Positions 33,125 to 42,776 of a stretch of DNA of 64,000 nt are shown here, piece by piece. The position numbers and the translations under genes were made by a program. Source of the DNA: Acidimicrobiales bacterium (GTDB lineage Bacteria; Actinomycetota; Acidimicrobiia; Acidimicrobiales; VFJN01); NCBI GenBank assembly GCA_050744325.1, contig JBOGHK010000007.1:77-64076 (forward strand), in the 5' to 3' direction. The notes beneath the pieces were generated by a model. It was not told where the DNA came from. It searched no databases and was given only the letters and a program-made list of their open reading frames with translations. Each line of letters begins with the position of its first letter. Position 1 is the first letter of the stretch.

Positions 33125-33718
33125 CTAGCCGCTGGCGAGCTGGTGGACCTGCCAGCCGGTTCCGATCGCGAACAGCCCGGACACGACGGCCTTGACCCCG
33201 AGCAGGAACCCGAGCACCTGGAGGGTCGCCTCGGGCCAGGCGACCACCGCGGCGCCGAGCACGACGAACAGGCCGCCCAGCGCGAGCTGGAACGGCCAGT
33301 CGGACCGGACCCGGTGACCCTCGAGGGCCAGCGTGACCCGCAGCAGGCCGGCGAGCATCAGCCCGCAGCCGGCGATCACCGCGACCGTCCACAGCGTGAT
33401 GTCCGGCCAGGCGAGGACCGCTACCCCGAGAGCGATCACCAGGCCACCGCCCAGCCAGCCGGCCAGACCGAGCTGGTTGTGCCCGCCCATGGCCACGATC
33501 TCGGCCACCCCGCCGACGATCAGTGACACACCCACCAGCACCGCGAGCACCGTCACCGACTCGTACAGGTTGGTGAGCAGCCAGATGCCGACGGCCACCA
33601 GCGCCACTCCGAGCAGGACCGACATCCACCAGCCAGTGTCGTCGACGTCCTCCAACTCGATCGGCCGCGGCGGTGGCGGCGGCATCGCGGTCTCGAACTC
33701 AGCGCCGAAGTCAGTCAT
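33125..33718 (-). CDS. HdeD/DUF308 family membrane protein
   Basis: Six repeated hydrophobic helices with the G-x-x-x-I/V-x-G pattern (LLGVALVAVGIWLL, LVGVSLIVGGVAEIV). Confidence 0.7.
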   Translation of the reverse strand: MTDFGAEFETAMPPPPPRPIELEDVDDTGWWMSVLLGVALVAVGIWLLTNLYESVTVLAVLVGVSLIVGGVAEIVAMGGHNQLGLAGWLGGGLVIALGVAVLAWPDITLWTVAVIAGCGLMLAGLLRVTLALEGHRVRSDWPFQLALGGLFVVLGAAVVAWPEATLQVLGFLLGVKAVVSGLFAIGTGWQVHQLASG

Positions 33719-33787
33719 GGGACACCCCTTCTGCAGGCCGGCTCGTCCTCATCTTGCGCTCCTTGGCTCGGCCAGGGACCACCCAAA

Positions 33788-33812
33788 CTGGGTGAACGCG
33801 GGATTCACCCAG
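33788..33812. promoter_or_regulatory. Palindrome CTGGGTGAA-N7-TTCACCCAG
   Basis: 9-bp perfect arms in the 33719-33978 divergent intergenic region. Confidence 0.45.
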
Positions 33813-33978
33813 CGCCACCCACGCTCCACACCACGTGCCCAAGGAGTGGGCCGACAAGTACGAAGCTGAGTGCGAGGACGAGCGGCCGTCGACTTCACCC
33901 GGACCGGGTGAGGAAGCCCGGAGCCATCGATGCGACGCTCAGGGCGCGGTCGGGCCCCTCAAGCGCCGGAGCCGTCTG

Positions 33979-34224
33979 ATGAGCTTCACCTACCAGGTCA
34001 AGATCCGTGGACGCCTGAGCCAGACGCTGACCGGCGAGTTCGAGCAGCTCGGCTTCTTCGTCGACGTCGAGCCCGTCGAGACGCTGCTGCAGGGCCCGAT
34101 CGTGGACCAGTCGGCGCTGTACGGCCTCATCCGACGCCTGGAGGCGTTCGGCCTCGAGCTTGTCGAGATCCGCCGGGCCTCGACCATCCCCGGCCCGCCC
34201 GAGCGCGCGCGGCAGCCGCACTAG
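33979..34224 (+). CDS. Small (81 aa) conserved-looking hypothetical protein
   Basis: ATG 33979 (MSFTYQVKIRGRLSQTLTGEFEQLGFFVDVEPVETLLQGPIVDQSALYGLIRRLEAFGLELVEIRR). Resembles a widespread actinobacterial small-protein pattern; no function is known to me. Confidence 0.5.
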   Translation: MSFTYQVKIRGRLSQTLTGEFEQLGFFVDVEPVETLLQGPIVDQSALYGLIRRLEAFGLELVEIRRASTIPGPPERARQPH

Positions 34225-36764
34225 ATCAGCTCGAGGTCGCGGCCGCGCAACACGGCTTCGCGCCGCCCGTCGACTCCGAGCTTGCGGTACACCGACTTGA
34301 GGTGGGTCTTGACGGTGTTGACCGACAGGTGCATCCCCTGGGCGATCTCGGTGTTGGACATCAGCGTCGGTAGATGCTGGAGCACCTCGACCTCTCGCTC
34401 GGTCAACGGTTCGACCAGCCCGTCCGTGGCGGTGTGGTGAAACCGGTCGAGCAGGTCGAGCGCCGACGTCGCGTGTCGCCCGAGGTCGTCGAGGTTGGCC
34501 GCGAGCAGCACCTCGAGGTGGGTGCCGTAGGCGAGGAGCGGGGCTGTGATGCCGGTGGCGGCCGAGAGGTCGAGGGCCTCGCCGAGGTGGCGCCGGGCCG
34601 TGGCCCGCTCGCCTCGGTGGTGGGTGGCGACGGCGGCGAGGAGCCGGGCCTCGACGACCGTCCGCGGATGCCGGTTCGTGGCATGGTCAAGCCAGTTCAT
34701 GACCGTGCCCTCGGCACCGTTGAGCGTGCCGAGGGCGTTGTCGGCCAGCTGTTGACGGGCCTGTAGGACGACCTGTTCACCGTGGCCGCCGACGACCACC
34801 GGGCGGCCGTGCGCGTCGACCACCTCGAGGACGCCCAGCGCGATCAGCGCGCGCTCGGCGAGCGGATGGTGGGCAGTGTCCTGGTCGAGGCTCACGAAGA
34901 ACGGTGCCCGGCCGCTCGCCGACGCCCGCAGCACCCGGTCGACGTAGCGCAACGAACGCGACGACCACTCCATCGACGGGTCCACGGCCGAGAGGGCGTC
35001 GGCGACCGTGCGTTGGCCTCCCCGCTGGGCTGCGCAGAGCGCCTTGGCCAGGTAGGCGAAGTTGGTCGTGGGCTGGGCAGTCCGCTGATCGAGCTCGGTG
35101 AACGCCCTGGAGACGCGGGCTTCCGCGGTCACGACCGCCCCGGCGGCCGCGTCGACGAGCGCCAGCACCGCCTCCGTCAAGGTCTGGTGCCAGCCGCGCT
35201 CGCCCTGCTCGGCGAGCTGCTCGAGGTGGTGCCGCGCACGATCCAGCTCGCCGGCCTCGATGTCCTGTTCGGCTTGGGCCAGGATGGCGAGCTGGCGGAG
35301 CCGGGGGGTCCACAGCTCGGGAGCGGTGCGGTCGCGCAGTGTTGCCACCGCCGCACGCGATCGGTCGTCGATGCCGAACGACCAACCGTAGCTCACGTCG
35401 AACAGCAGCCGAGCCGTGTCCCCATCCGGCTCGTGCCCCATCGTGGCGTGGACCGGGCCGGGGCCGATCGTGTCCAGCGCGCTGCGGTAGAGGTCGGCAT
35501 CCTCGTGCCGGGACCAGCGGCAGGCCTCGGTCGCGGCGACCATGGCCAGGGATGCGGTTCGCAGGACCGCCTCGGGCGGCACCCCGGCCAGCGGCTCGTG
35601 GGGCGAGGGGCCGCCTCCGCCGACCGCCCCCGTCAACCAGCGCTGGAGGATCAGCCGGCCGACCAGGCCCCAGTCGCCGGCGGCCCGGGCATGCTGTTCC
35701 GCCTCGCCGCTGAGCCCGTGGGCGAGATGCCAGGCTGCTGCTCGCTCGTGCATGGCCACGACCAGGCCCGGATCGCGGTGGTGGAGGTGGGCCTGGAGCA
35801 GCGCCCGGAACAGCGAGTGGTACCGGAAGCAGGTCCTGTCGTCGACCTCGACGACGAACAGCCCCCGCTGGACGAGGTCGAGCAGCAGCTCCACCGCGTC
35901 GGGGTCGCCGGTGAGCTCGACCGCCAGCCCGGGCGTGAGGCGATCGACCACGCTGGTGCGCAGCAGGAAGTCCTGGATCGAGTCCTCCTGGCGCATCAGC
36001 ACCTCGCCCAGCATGTAGTCCGACACCGCGGCCTCGGTCGCAGCGGCTTCCAGGACGAAGCGGTGAGGATCGTCGTCGGACTGCAGCGCACCTACCGCGA
36101 GGCGCAAACCAGCTGCCCAGCCCTCGGTGCGGTCCATCAGGGTCCTGATGTCGTCAGGGCTGAGCGCCACGCCGTGTGCCGCGACCAGCGCGGTGGTCTC
36201 GGCCTCGTTGAACGCGAGGTCGGCGTGGCGGATCTGGCCGAGACGGCCGTCGAGCCACACCCGCCCCCAGCCGATCGGTGGATCGGCCCGGGTCGACAGC
36301 ACGACGTCGAGCCCCGGCGGAGCCCGGTCGACGAGGTAGGCGAGCATGCGCAGCGCCTCGGGGGAACGGATCTCCTGGACATCCTCCAGCACCAGCACGC
36401 ACTCGGCGTCACGGTCCATGAGCCGCTCGAACGCCGCGTCGAGCAGGGCCTCGGCGGAGGCCGGCGAGTCCATCGGATCGCCGAGAACGCCGGCACGGGT
36501 CATGGTCTCGACGACGAGGTCGGCCAGACGCCCTTGCTCGTCGTCGCGTCCGTCCACCGTGAGCCACGCCATGGCACGGTCGTCGACGGAGTGCACCCAG
36601 CTGGCCAGCAGGGTCGTCTTGCCGGCCCCGGGCGGACCGGAGACCAGAGTGACCGGGCAGCGGATGCCGTCGGCCAGCAGCCTCGCCAGGCGGGGCCGGT
36701 GCACGACGGCGTCGGGGAGCCGCGGAACGCAACACCTGGTACCCACCGAAATCCGCTCGTCCAC
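34221..36764 (-). CDS. LAL-type (MalT-like) ATPase with LuxR-family HTH regulator
   Basis: Walker A GPPGAGKTTLL. C-terminal LTEREVEVLQHLPTLMSNTEIAQGMHLSVNTVKTHLKSVYRKLGV. Confidence 0.8.
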   Translation of the reverse strand: MDERISVGTRCCVPRLPDAVVHRPRLARLLADGIRCPVTLVSGPPGAGKTTLLASWVHSVDDRAMAWLTVDGRDDEQGRLADLVVETMTRAGVLGDPMDSPASAEALLDAAFERLMDRDAECVLVLEDVQEIRSPEALRMLAYLVDRAPPGLDVVLSTRADPPIGWGRVWLDGRLGQIRHADLAFNEAETTALVAAHGVALSPDDIRTLMDRTEGWAAGLRLAVGALQSDDDPHRFVLEAAATEAAVSDYMLGEVLMRQEDSIQDFLLRTSVVDRLTPGLAVELTGDPDAVELLLDLVQRGLFVVEVDDRTCFRYHSLFRALLQAHLHHRDPGLVVAMHERAAAWHLAHGLSGEAEQHARAAGDWGLVGRLILQRWLTGAVGGGGPSPHEPLAGVPPEAVLRTASLAMVAATEACRWSRHEDADLYRSALDTIGPGPVHATMGHEPDGDTARLLFDVSYGWSFGIDDRSRAAVATLRDRTAPELWTPRLRQLAILAQAEQDIEAGELDRARHHLEQLAEQGERGWHQTLTEAVLALVDAAAGAVVTAEARVSRAFTELDQRTAQPTTNFAYLAKALCAAQRGGQRTVADALSAVDPSMEWSSRSLRYVDRVLRASASGRAPFFVSLDQDTAHHPLAERALIALGVLEVVDAHGRPVVVGGHGEQVVLQARQQLADNALGTLNGAEGTVMNWLDHATNRHPRTVVEARLLAAVATHHRGERATARRHLGEALDLSAATGITAPLLAYGTHLEVLLAANLDDLGRHATSALDLLDRFHHTATDGLVEPLTEREVEVLQHLPTLMSNTEIAQGMHLSVNTVKTHLKSVYRKLGVDGRREAVLRGRDLELI

Positions 36765-37052
36765 CGTGGCGAGACCCTCCTAGACGCACAATGTGGTCCA
36801 GCCCGCGCTTACAGCGTACGACGATGCCCCATTCGCTCGACTCGCACACCCCGGGTGGCCGGGCACGCCTCGAGCTCGGCGAGAACGTCACCGTTCGGGT
36901 CGTGGCGGCCGATCCCACCCGTCCCAAGGTCGTCCTCGAGCCGGTCTGAGCCGGCACGGCGCCACGGGCAGGCGCTGTCACAGCAGGTCAGGGCGCGACG
37001 AATGGTTGGGCGCTGCCGGGTGACGCCGAGACACCCCACTAGTCTCGGAGCG

Positions 37053-39308
37053 ATGAGCCTGCCGATCTCGGGCTCGCTCGGACTCCCTGCGCGCCTGACG
37101 CGGTTCTTCGGCCGCGATTCGGAGCGCGCCGGGCTGGAGGCCGTGTTGAGTCACGAACGCCTGGTGACCCTCACCGGGGCACCTGGCTGTGGCAAGACTC
37201 GGCTCGGCATCGAGATCGGCTCGCGGCTGGCGTCACGGTTCGGTGACGGTGTCTGGTTCGTCGAGCTGGCACCGGTCGTGACCCCGAAGCTGACGGCCAA
37301 CGCCGTGGGAACGGCTCTCGGCGTCGGCGAGCGGCCGGGCCGGCCCATGGAGGACACGCTGGTCGAGGCACTCGAGGACCGCCAGCTACTGCTCATCCTC
37401 GACAACTGCGAGCACGTCGTCGAGGCGGCCGCGGCGCTGGCCGGTCGGCTGCTGGAGCTGTGCCCGGCGGTTCGGGTCCTGGCCACCAGCCGCATGCCGC
37501 TGGGCCTCCCCGGTGAGCAGGTCTGGGCGGTGACGCCACTCGAGCTCGACGCCGCCGTCGAGCTGTTCACCGACCGGGCGCGGCTTGCGTCGAGCGACTC
37601 CCCGGTGGACGATGTGAGCCGATCGCTGCTCACCCGGATCTGCAGCCAGGTGGACGGGCTGCCGCTGGCGATCGAGCTGGCCGCCGCCTGGACACGGGTG
37701 CTGTCCCTGCGCCAGATCGCCGATCGGCTCGACCACGCAGTGGGGCTGTTGAAGAGCAGGGCCCGGACCCCGACGGCCCGGCAGGCGACGATGGAGGCGA
37801 GTGTCGACTGGAGCTACCGGCTGTTGCCTGCGGCCGACCAGCAGCTCTTCGACCGGTTGTCGGTCTTCACCGGAGGCTTCGACCTCGCTGCGGCGGAGGC
37901 CGTCGCCGGGCCGGGCACCGACGTGCTCGCCGGGTTGACGGCTCTGGTCGACCACTCGCTGGTGCTCACCGAGCCAGCGTCCGACGATCCCATGCGCTAC
38001 CGCCTGTTGGAGCCGGTGCGGCAGTGCGGCGCGGCGTGGCTCGGCGCCCGTGGCGAGACCGATGCCCTCCGCCGGCGTCACGCCGAGCACTACCTGGCCG
38101 TCGCAGGCCGATTCGACGTCGAGCTGCGTGAGGACCGCCGGGCCGTGGCCTTCCACCGCCTGGAGCAGGAGGAAGGCAACCTGACGGCCGCCCTGGCGTG
38201 GGCCCGGGAACAACACCGTCCGGACCTGGGGCTGCGCCTGGGCGCAGCGTTGGCGCAGTTCTGGGAGCTGCGCGGCCGGGTCAACGAAGGACGGGCCTGG
38301 CTGGAGGACATGCTGTCCATCGACGGCGCGGACCCCGACCTCCGGGCCACCGCCCTGGCGCGGGCGGGGCGCTTGGCGTGGCGCCAGCGGGACTACCTGC
38401 AGGCCCGGGCGCTCCTGGAGGAGAGCCTCGGCCTCGCGAGCGAGGTCGGCGACCAGCCGGGGATGGCGCGACGCCTCCGCAGCATTGCCCTGGTCGTGAT
38501 GAGCGAAGGCGATCCCGAGGGTGCGACCCGGCTCTGCGAGCAGAGCGTCGCCATCTTTCGCCGCCATGAGGACCACCGTGGCCTGGTCTGGGCGCTGATC
38601 TTCCTGGGCTTGGCGCGGATCACCGCCGACGACCTGATCGGCGGGATCGCCCACATCCGCGAGGCGTTGACGCTGAACTGCGGGCTGGAGAGCCTGGCGG
38701 CGACGGCCTACGCGAACCTCTGCCTGTCCCACGCGGCCGGCCGGCTGGGTGACGTGACCGCCGAGCGTGCGCACCTGACCGATGCCGTGGCCGCCCTGAA
38801 CCAGATGGGCGGTGTCGTCGAGGAGCCCGACTGGCTGTGGGCCGGCGCCCAGCTCGCAGCATCCGAGCGTCGCCTCCACACGGCGTTGCGGGTGGCGGGA
38901 GGTGCCGAGGCGCTGAGCCGACGCAGCGGCAGCCATCTCCACGAACGCATCCTGGCGGCCCTGTCTCCCCGGATCGACGACGTGCGAGCGGAGGTCGGAC
39001 CGGCTGTTGCGGATCGACTCGCCGCCGAGGGGTCACGGATGTCCGTCGACGAGTTGATGGCCGAGGCCTTCGCCGAGCGCGACGGCGCGGTCGGCGACGC
39101 CACCGCCGACCCACTGAGCCCGCGCGAGCGCGAGGTGGCCCAGCTCGTGGGCCGCGGCCTGACGAATGGCGCGATCGCGGAGCACCTGTTCATCTCGCGG
39201 CGAACGGTCGAGTCCCACGTCGACCACATCAAGCACAAGCTGGGGCTCGTCTCGCGCAACGAGGTGATGGCCTGGGTGCTGCGTCAGTCGTTCGACCCGA
39301 CGCCGTAG
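37053..39308 (+). CDS. NB-ARC/AAA ATPase + TPR + LuxR-family HTH regulator
   Basis: ATG 37053 (the upstream part of the 1508-aa ORF is antisense to the previous gene). GAPGCGKTRLG, LILDNCEH, GLPLAIELAA. C-terminal LSPREREVAQLVGRGLTNGAIAEHLFISRRTVESHVDHI. Confidence 0.8.
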   Translation: MSLPISGSLGLPARLTRFFGRDSERAGLEAVLSHERLVTLTGAPGCGKTRLGIEIGSRLASRFGDGVWFVELAPVVTPKLTANAVGTALGVGERPGRPMEDTLVEALEDRQLLLILDNCEHVVEAAAALAGRLLELCPAVRVLATSRMPLGLPGEQVWAVTPLELDAAVELFTDRARLASSDSPVDDVSRSLLTRICSQVDGLPLAIELAAAWTRVLSLRQIADRLDHAVGLLKSRARTPTARQATMEASVDWSYRLLPAADQQLFDRLSVFTGGFDLAAAEAVAGPGTDVLAGLTALVDHSLVLTEPASDDPMRYRLLEPVRQCGAAWLGARGETDALRRRHAEHYLAVAGRFDVELREDRRAVAFHRLEQEEGNLTAALAWAREQHRPDLGLRLGAALAQFWELRGRVNEGRAWLEDMLSIDGADPDLRATALARAGRLAWRQRDYLQARALLEESLGLASEVGDQPGMARRLRSIALVVMSEGDPEGATRLCEQSVAIFRRHEDHRGLVWALIFLGLARITADDLIGGIAHIREALTLNCGLESLAATAYANLCLSHAAGRLGDVTAERAHLTDAVAALNQMGGVVEEPDWLWAGAQLAASERRLHTALRVAGGAEALSRRSGSHLHERILAALSPRIDDVRAEVGPAVADRLAAEGSRMSVDELMAEAFAERDGAVGDATADPLSPREREVAQLVGRGLTNGAIAEHLFISRRTVESHVDHIKHKLGLVSRNEVMAWVLRQSFDPTP

Positions 39309-39344
39309 GACGAATCCGTAGCACCGATCCGTAGTAGTACGGAT
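39303..39344. promoter_or_regulatory. Three CCGTAG direct repeats (13-bp period) ending in hairpin ATCCGTA-GTAG-TACGGAT
   Basis: CCGTAG at 39303, 39316 and 39329. Inverted copy TACGGAT at 39338-39344. The first copy contains the regulator's stop codon. Confidence 0.4.
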
Positions 39345-39432
39345 GTCGGGTGCGGACCTCGGACGCCACCATCGAGCCCATGTCCCTGACGTCGCATCGC
39401 GAGAGCGCACACGTTCCTGGAGGGTCCCTCTG

Positions 39433-40980
39433 ATGTACCTCACCCAGGGCCTCCACCGGTCGTTGCGCCACACACCCCAGCAGGCGGCGACGATCTTCGG
39501 CGACCGGGTCCGCAGCTATGTGGACCACGCCGACCGGGTCGCCCGGCTCGCCGGGGGGCTCCGCACACTCGGAGTGTCCGACGGCGAGCGGGTGGCCATC
39601 CTGTCGCTGAACTCCGACCGGTACGCCGAGCTGCTCGTCGCGGTTCCGTGGGCCGACGGTGTGCTCAACCCGGTCAACATCCGTTGGAGCCCGGAAGAGA
39701 TCGTCTACTCGTTGAGTGACTCCGAGACGTCGGTCCTCGTCGTGGACGACACGTTCGCTCCGATGGTCCGACGGCTCGCGGAGGGCCACCCAGGGCTGAC
39801 GAGCGTGGTCCATGCGGGCGACGGCCCCGCGCCCGACGGTGCCGTGGCCTACGAGGAGCTGGTGGCGGGATCCGCACCGATCCCCGACGCCCGACGGGGC
39901 GGCGACGACCTCGCCGGGGTGTTCTACACGGGCGGTACGACGGGGTTCCCGAAGGGGGTGCTGCTCAGCCACACCAACCTGCTCACGTCGGCGCTCGGGG
40001 GTCAGGCGACATCGAGCATCGTCGCGCCAGGAGGGCGTCTCCTGCACGTTGCGCCGATGTTCCACCTCGCCGACATCGCCGCGTGGATCGGCCAGTCGAT
40101 GGTCGGCGGAACCCATGTCGTGGTGCCCGCCTTCGATGCGGTCGCGGTGCTGGCGGCCATCGACCAGCACCGTGTCACCAACACCGTCGTGGTGCCGACG
40201 ATGATCCAGATGCTGGTCGACCACCCCGACCGTGACGCGTACGACCTCTCCAGCCTGCGCTCTGTCACCTACGGCGCATCCCCGATCACCGAGGCGCTGC
40301 TGCAGCGGGCGATGAAGGCCTTCCCGCAAGCCGACTTCGTCCAGGCCTACGGGATGACCGAGTTGGGGCCGATCGCCACGGTCCTCACGCCGGACGACCA
40401 CCGTAGCGGTCACCGGCTCGGCTCCGCGGGCCGGGCTGCGGCACACGCGGAGGTCCGGATCGTCGACGGCGCCGGCAACGAGGTCCCGCGGGGAACCGTC
40501 GGCGAGATCGCCGTTCGAGGTGGCCATGTGATGGCGGGCTACCGGGGCAAGCCCGAGGAGACGGCCGAGGCGCTCCGCGACGGGTGGATGCACACCGGCG
40601 ACGGCGCCTACATGGACGACGAGGGCTACGTGTTCGTCGTCGACCGCCTCAAGGACATGATCGTCTCCGGCGGTGAGAACGTGTACTCGGTCGAGGTCGA
40701 GAACGCCCTCGGCCGGCACCCCGCCGTGGCGGCGTGCGCGGTGATCGGGGTCCCGGACACCACCTGGGGCGAGCGCGTCCACGCCGTCGTGGTGCTCCGG
40801 CCCGGCGCCGACGCGACCCTCGACGAGCTACGCGACCACACCCAGGGCCTGATCGGGTCCTACAAGGCACCCCGCAGCGTCGAGTTCGCCGACGGCTTGC
40901 CCGTCTCCGGCGCGGGCAAGGTCCTCAAGCGGGAACTGCGGGCCCCGTACTGGAGCGAGGCCCAGCGCTCGGTCAACTGA
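39433..40980 (+). CDS. Long-chain fatty-acid--CoA ligase (FadD-type)
   Basis: ATG 39433 preceded by GGAGGG. YTGGTTGFPKG and GWMHTGDGAYMDDEGYVFVVDRLKDMIVSGGENV. Confidence 0.85.
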   Translation: MYLTQGLHRSLRHTPQQAATIFGDRVRSYVDHADRVARLAGGLRTLGVSDGERVAILSLNSDRYAELLVAVPWADGVLNPVNIRWSPEEIVYSLSDSETSVLVVDDTFAPMVRRLAEGHPGLTSVVHAGDGPAPDGAVAYEELVAGSAPIPDARRGGDDLAGVFYTGGTTGFPKGVLLSHTNLLTSALGGQATSSIVAPGGRLLHVAPMFHLADIAAWIGQSMVGGTHVVVPAFDAVAVLAAIDQHRVTNTVVVPTMIQMLVDHPDRDAYDLSSLRSVTYGASPITEALLQRAMKAFPQADFVQAYGMTELGPIATVLTPDDHRSGHRLGSAGRAAAHAEVRIVDGAGNEVPRGTVGEIAVRGGHVMAGYRGKPEETAEALRDGWMHTGDGAYMDDEGYVFVVDRLKDMIVSGGENVYSVEVENALGRHPAVAACAVIGVPDTTWGERVHAVVVLRPGADATLDELRDHTQGLIGSYKAPRSVEFADGLPVSGAGKVLKRELRAPYWSEAQRSVN

Positions 40981-41068
40981 AGCCCCTCGGCTACGTCCTC
41001 GCGTTGTGGCAAGCCTGCGAGTAGAGGTGTCGAAGGTTGTCGTTGGAGATCCAGCGATCTCGTCGAGG

Positions 41069-42697
41069 TCAGTCGGCCGGCAGTGTGTAGTCCGCGAAAC
41101 GATCGCGGAGGTCCTTCTTCGAGAACTTGCCCACCGACGTCTTGGGGATCTCGTCGACGAACACCACGTCGTCGGGCAGCCACCACTTCGCCACCCGGCC
41201 TTCCAGGAAGCCGATGACCTCGTCGCGGCTCAGGTCCTCGCCGGGCTTCCGCACCACGCAGGCCAGCGGCCGCTCCTGCCACTTCGGGTGGCTGATGCCG
41301 ATGACCGCGGCCTCGGCCACCTTGGGGTGGGCCATGAGCTCGTTCTCGAGGTCGACCGAGCTGATCCACTCGCCGCCCGACTTGATCACGTCCTTGGTGC
41401 GGTCGACCAGGCGGATGTAGCCGTGCTGGTCGATGGTCGCCACGTCGCCGGTCCTCAGCCAGCCGTCGTCGGTGAACGACTCGGGTGAACGCTCGTCGTC
41501 GTAGTACTCGGACGCTACCCACGGTCCCCGCACCTGCAGCTCACCGGACGACTCGCCGTCCCAGGGCTGCTCGCTGTCCGAGCCCGGCGCGGCGATCCGG
41601 GCCTCGACGCCGAACAGCGGCTGGCCCACCGTGGTGCGCTGGTCGGCAAGGCCCTCGTCGTCGAGCACCGCTGCCAGGGTCGACTTGACGTGGCCCGACG
41701 ACGCCACCGGCGAGGTCTCGGTCATGCCCCACGCCTGCAGGATCGGCAGGCCGATCTTGGCGCGGTAGGCCTCGGACAGCGCCTTGGGCACCGCCGACCC
41801 CCCGCACGGAATCGCGCGCAGGCTCGACACGTCGCGCCCGTCCAGCTCGGACAGGACACCCATCCAGATGGTCGGAACGCCTGCGGCCAGCGTGACCCGC
41901 TCGGACTCCAGCAACGAGGCGATCCCCACCGGCGACAGGTCGGGCCCCGGCATGATCAGGTCGGCGCCGGCGCCTACCGCCGCATGCGCCAGTCCCCAGG
42001 CGTTGGCGTGGAACATGGGGACCACCGGCAGCACCCGGTCCTCCTCCTTCGGCCCGAGAGCGGAGGCCAACACGCCCAAGGTGTGCAGGAACGACGACCG
42101 GTGCGAGTACACGACACCCTTGGGGTTGCCGGTGGTGCCGCTCGTGTAGCACATCGACGCCGCTTGGTTCTCGTCGTCGACCCGGAACTCGACCGGCTCG
42201 GCCGCGGCCAGCAGCGTCTCGTAGTCGTGGACCTCCTTGCCGGCTGGGCCGTCGGGCACGTCGCCCGCCCCGTCGTCCATGACGACCACGTGACGCACGG
42301 TCTGGAACGCGTCGAGCAGCGGCCACATCGCCTTGGCGAGGCTGCGGTCGACGAACACCACCTCGTCCTCGGCGTGGTTGGCGACGTAGGCGAGCTGCTC
42401 GGGGAACAGCCGGATGTTCAGCGCGTGCAGCACCCGATTGGTGCATGGCGCAGCGAAGTACAGCTCGAGGTGCCGGGCGGTGTTCCAACCGAAGGTCGCC
42501 ACCCGGCCGTTGCGGCTGATGCCCAGCTGGTCGAGGACCCCACCGAGCCGGCGGGTGCGCTCGGCCCAGTCGCCGTAGCTGGTCGACTGTTTGCCTGCCG
42601 CGGTGACCGTCACGACGCCCTTGTCGAAGAACAGCCTCTCGGCCCGCGCGTGGATGTGGGTCAACGTGAGCGGAAAGTCCTGCATCAAACCCTGCAT
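41069..42697 (-). CDS. Fatty-acyl-CoA synthetase (AMP-binding)
   Basis: ATG 42697 preceded by [18 protein letters not shown] and [34 protein letters not shown]. Confidence 0.85.
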   Translation of the reverse strand: MQGLMQDFPLTLTHIHARAERLFFDKGVVTVTAAGKQSTSYGDWAERTRRLGGVLDQLGISRNGRVATFGWNTARHLELYFAAPCTNRVLHALNIRLFPEQLAYVANHAEDEVVFVDRSLAKAMWPLLDAFQTVRHVVVMDDGAGDVPDGPAGKEVHDYETLLAAAEPVEFRVDDENQAASMCYTSGTTGNPKGVVYSHRSSFLHTLGVLASALGPKEEDRVLPVVPMFHANAWGLAHAAVGAGADLIMPGPDLSPVGIASLLESERVTLAAGVPTIWMGVLSELDGRDVSSLRAIPCGGSAVPKALSEAYRAKIGLPILQAWGMTETSPVASSGHVKSTLAAVLDDEGLADQRTTVGQPLFGVEARIAAPGSDSEQPWDGESSGELQVRGPWVASEYYDDERSPESFTDDGWLRTGDVATIDQHGYIRLVDRTKDVIKSGGEWISSVDLENELMAHPKVAEAAVIGISHPKWQERPLACVVRKPGEDLSRDEVIGFLEGRVAKWWLPDDVVFVDEIPKTSVGKFSKKDLRDRFADYTLPAD

Positions 42698-42776
42698 AGC
42701 GGTTCCCCCTGCGGCTGGTGGGCTGAGGCCCGATGCTATGACCTCACCCATGATGTGAGCATCTACTCTCGATGTC

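Noticed and set aside
36793-37039. 76-aa ORFs on both strands in the divergent LAL intergenic region
   Set aside because: Their Arg/Gly-rich translations look off-frame. Only the different-frame 41-52 aa mini-ORF shows coding-like third-position bias, and even that evidence is weak.
34782-37052. N-terminal 757 codons of the 1508-aa plus-strand ORF
   Set aside because: They are antisense to the LAL regulator at 34221..36764 and show off-frame composition. The recognisable protein (P-loop, TPR, LuxR HTH) starts at ATG 37053.
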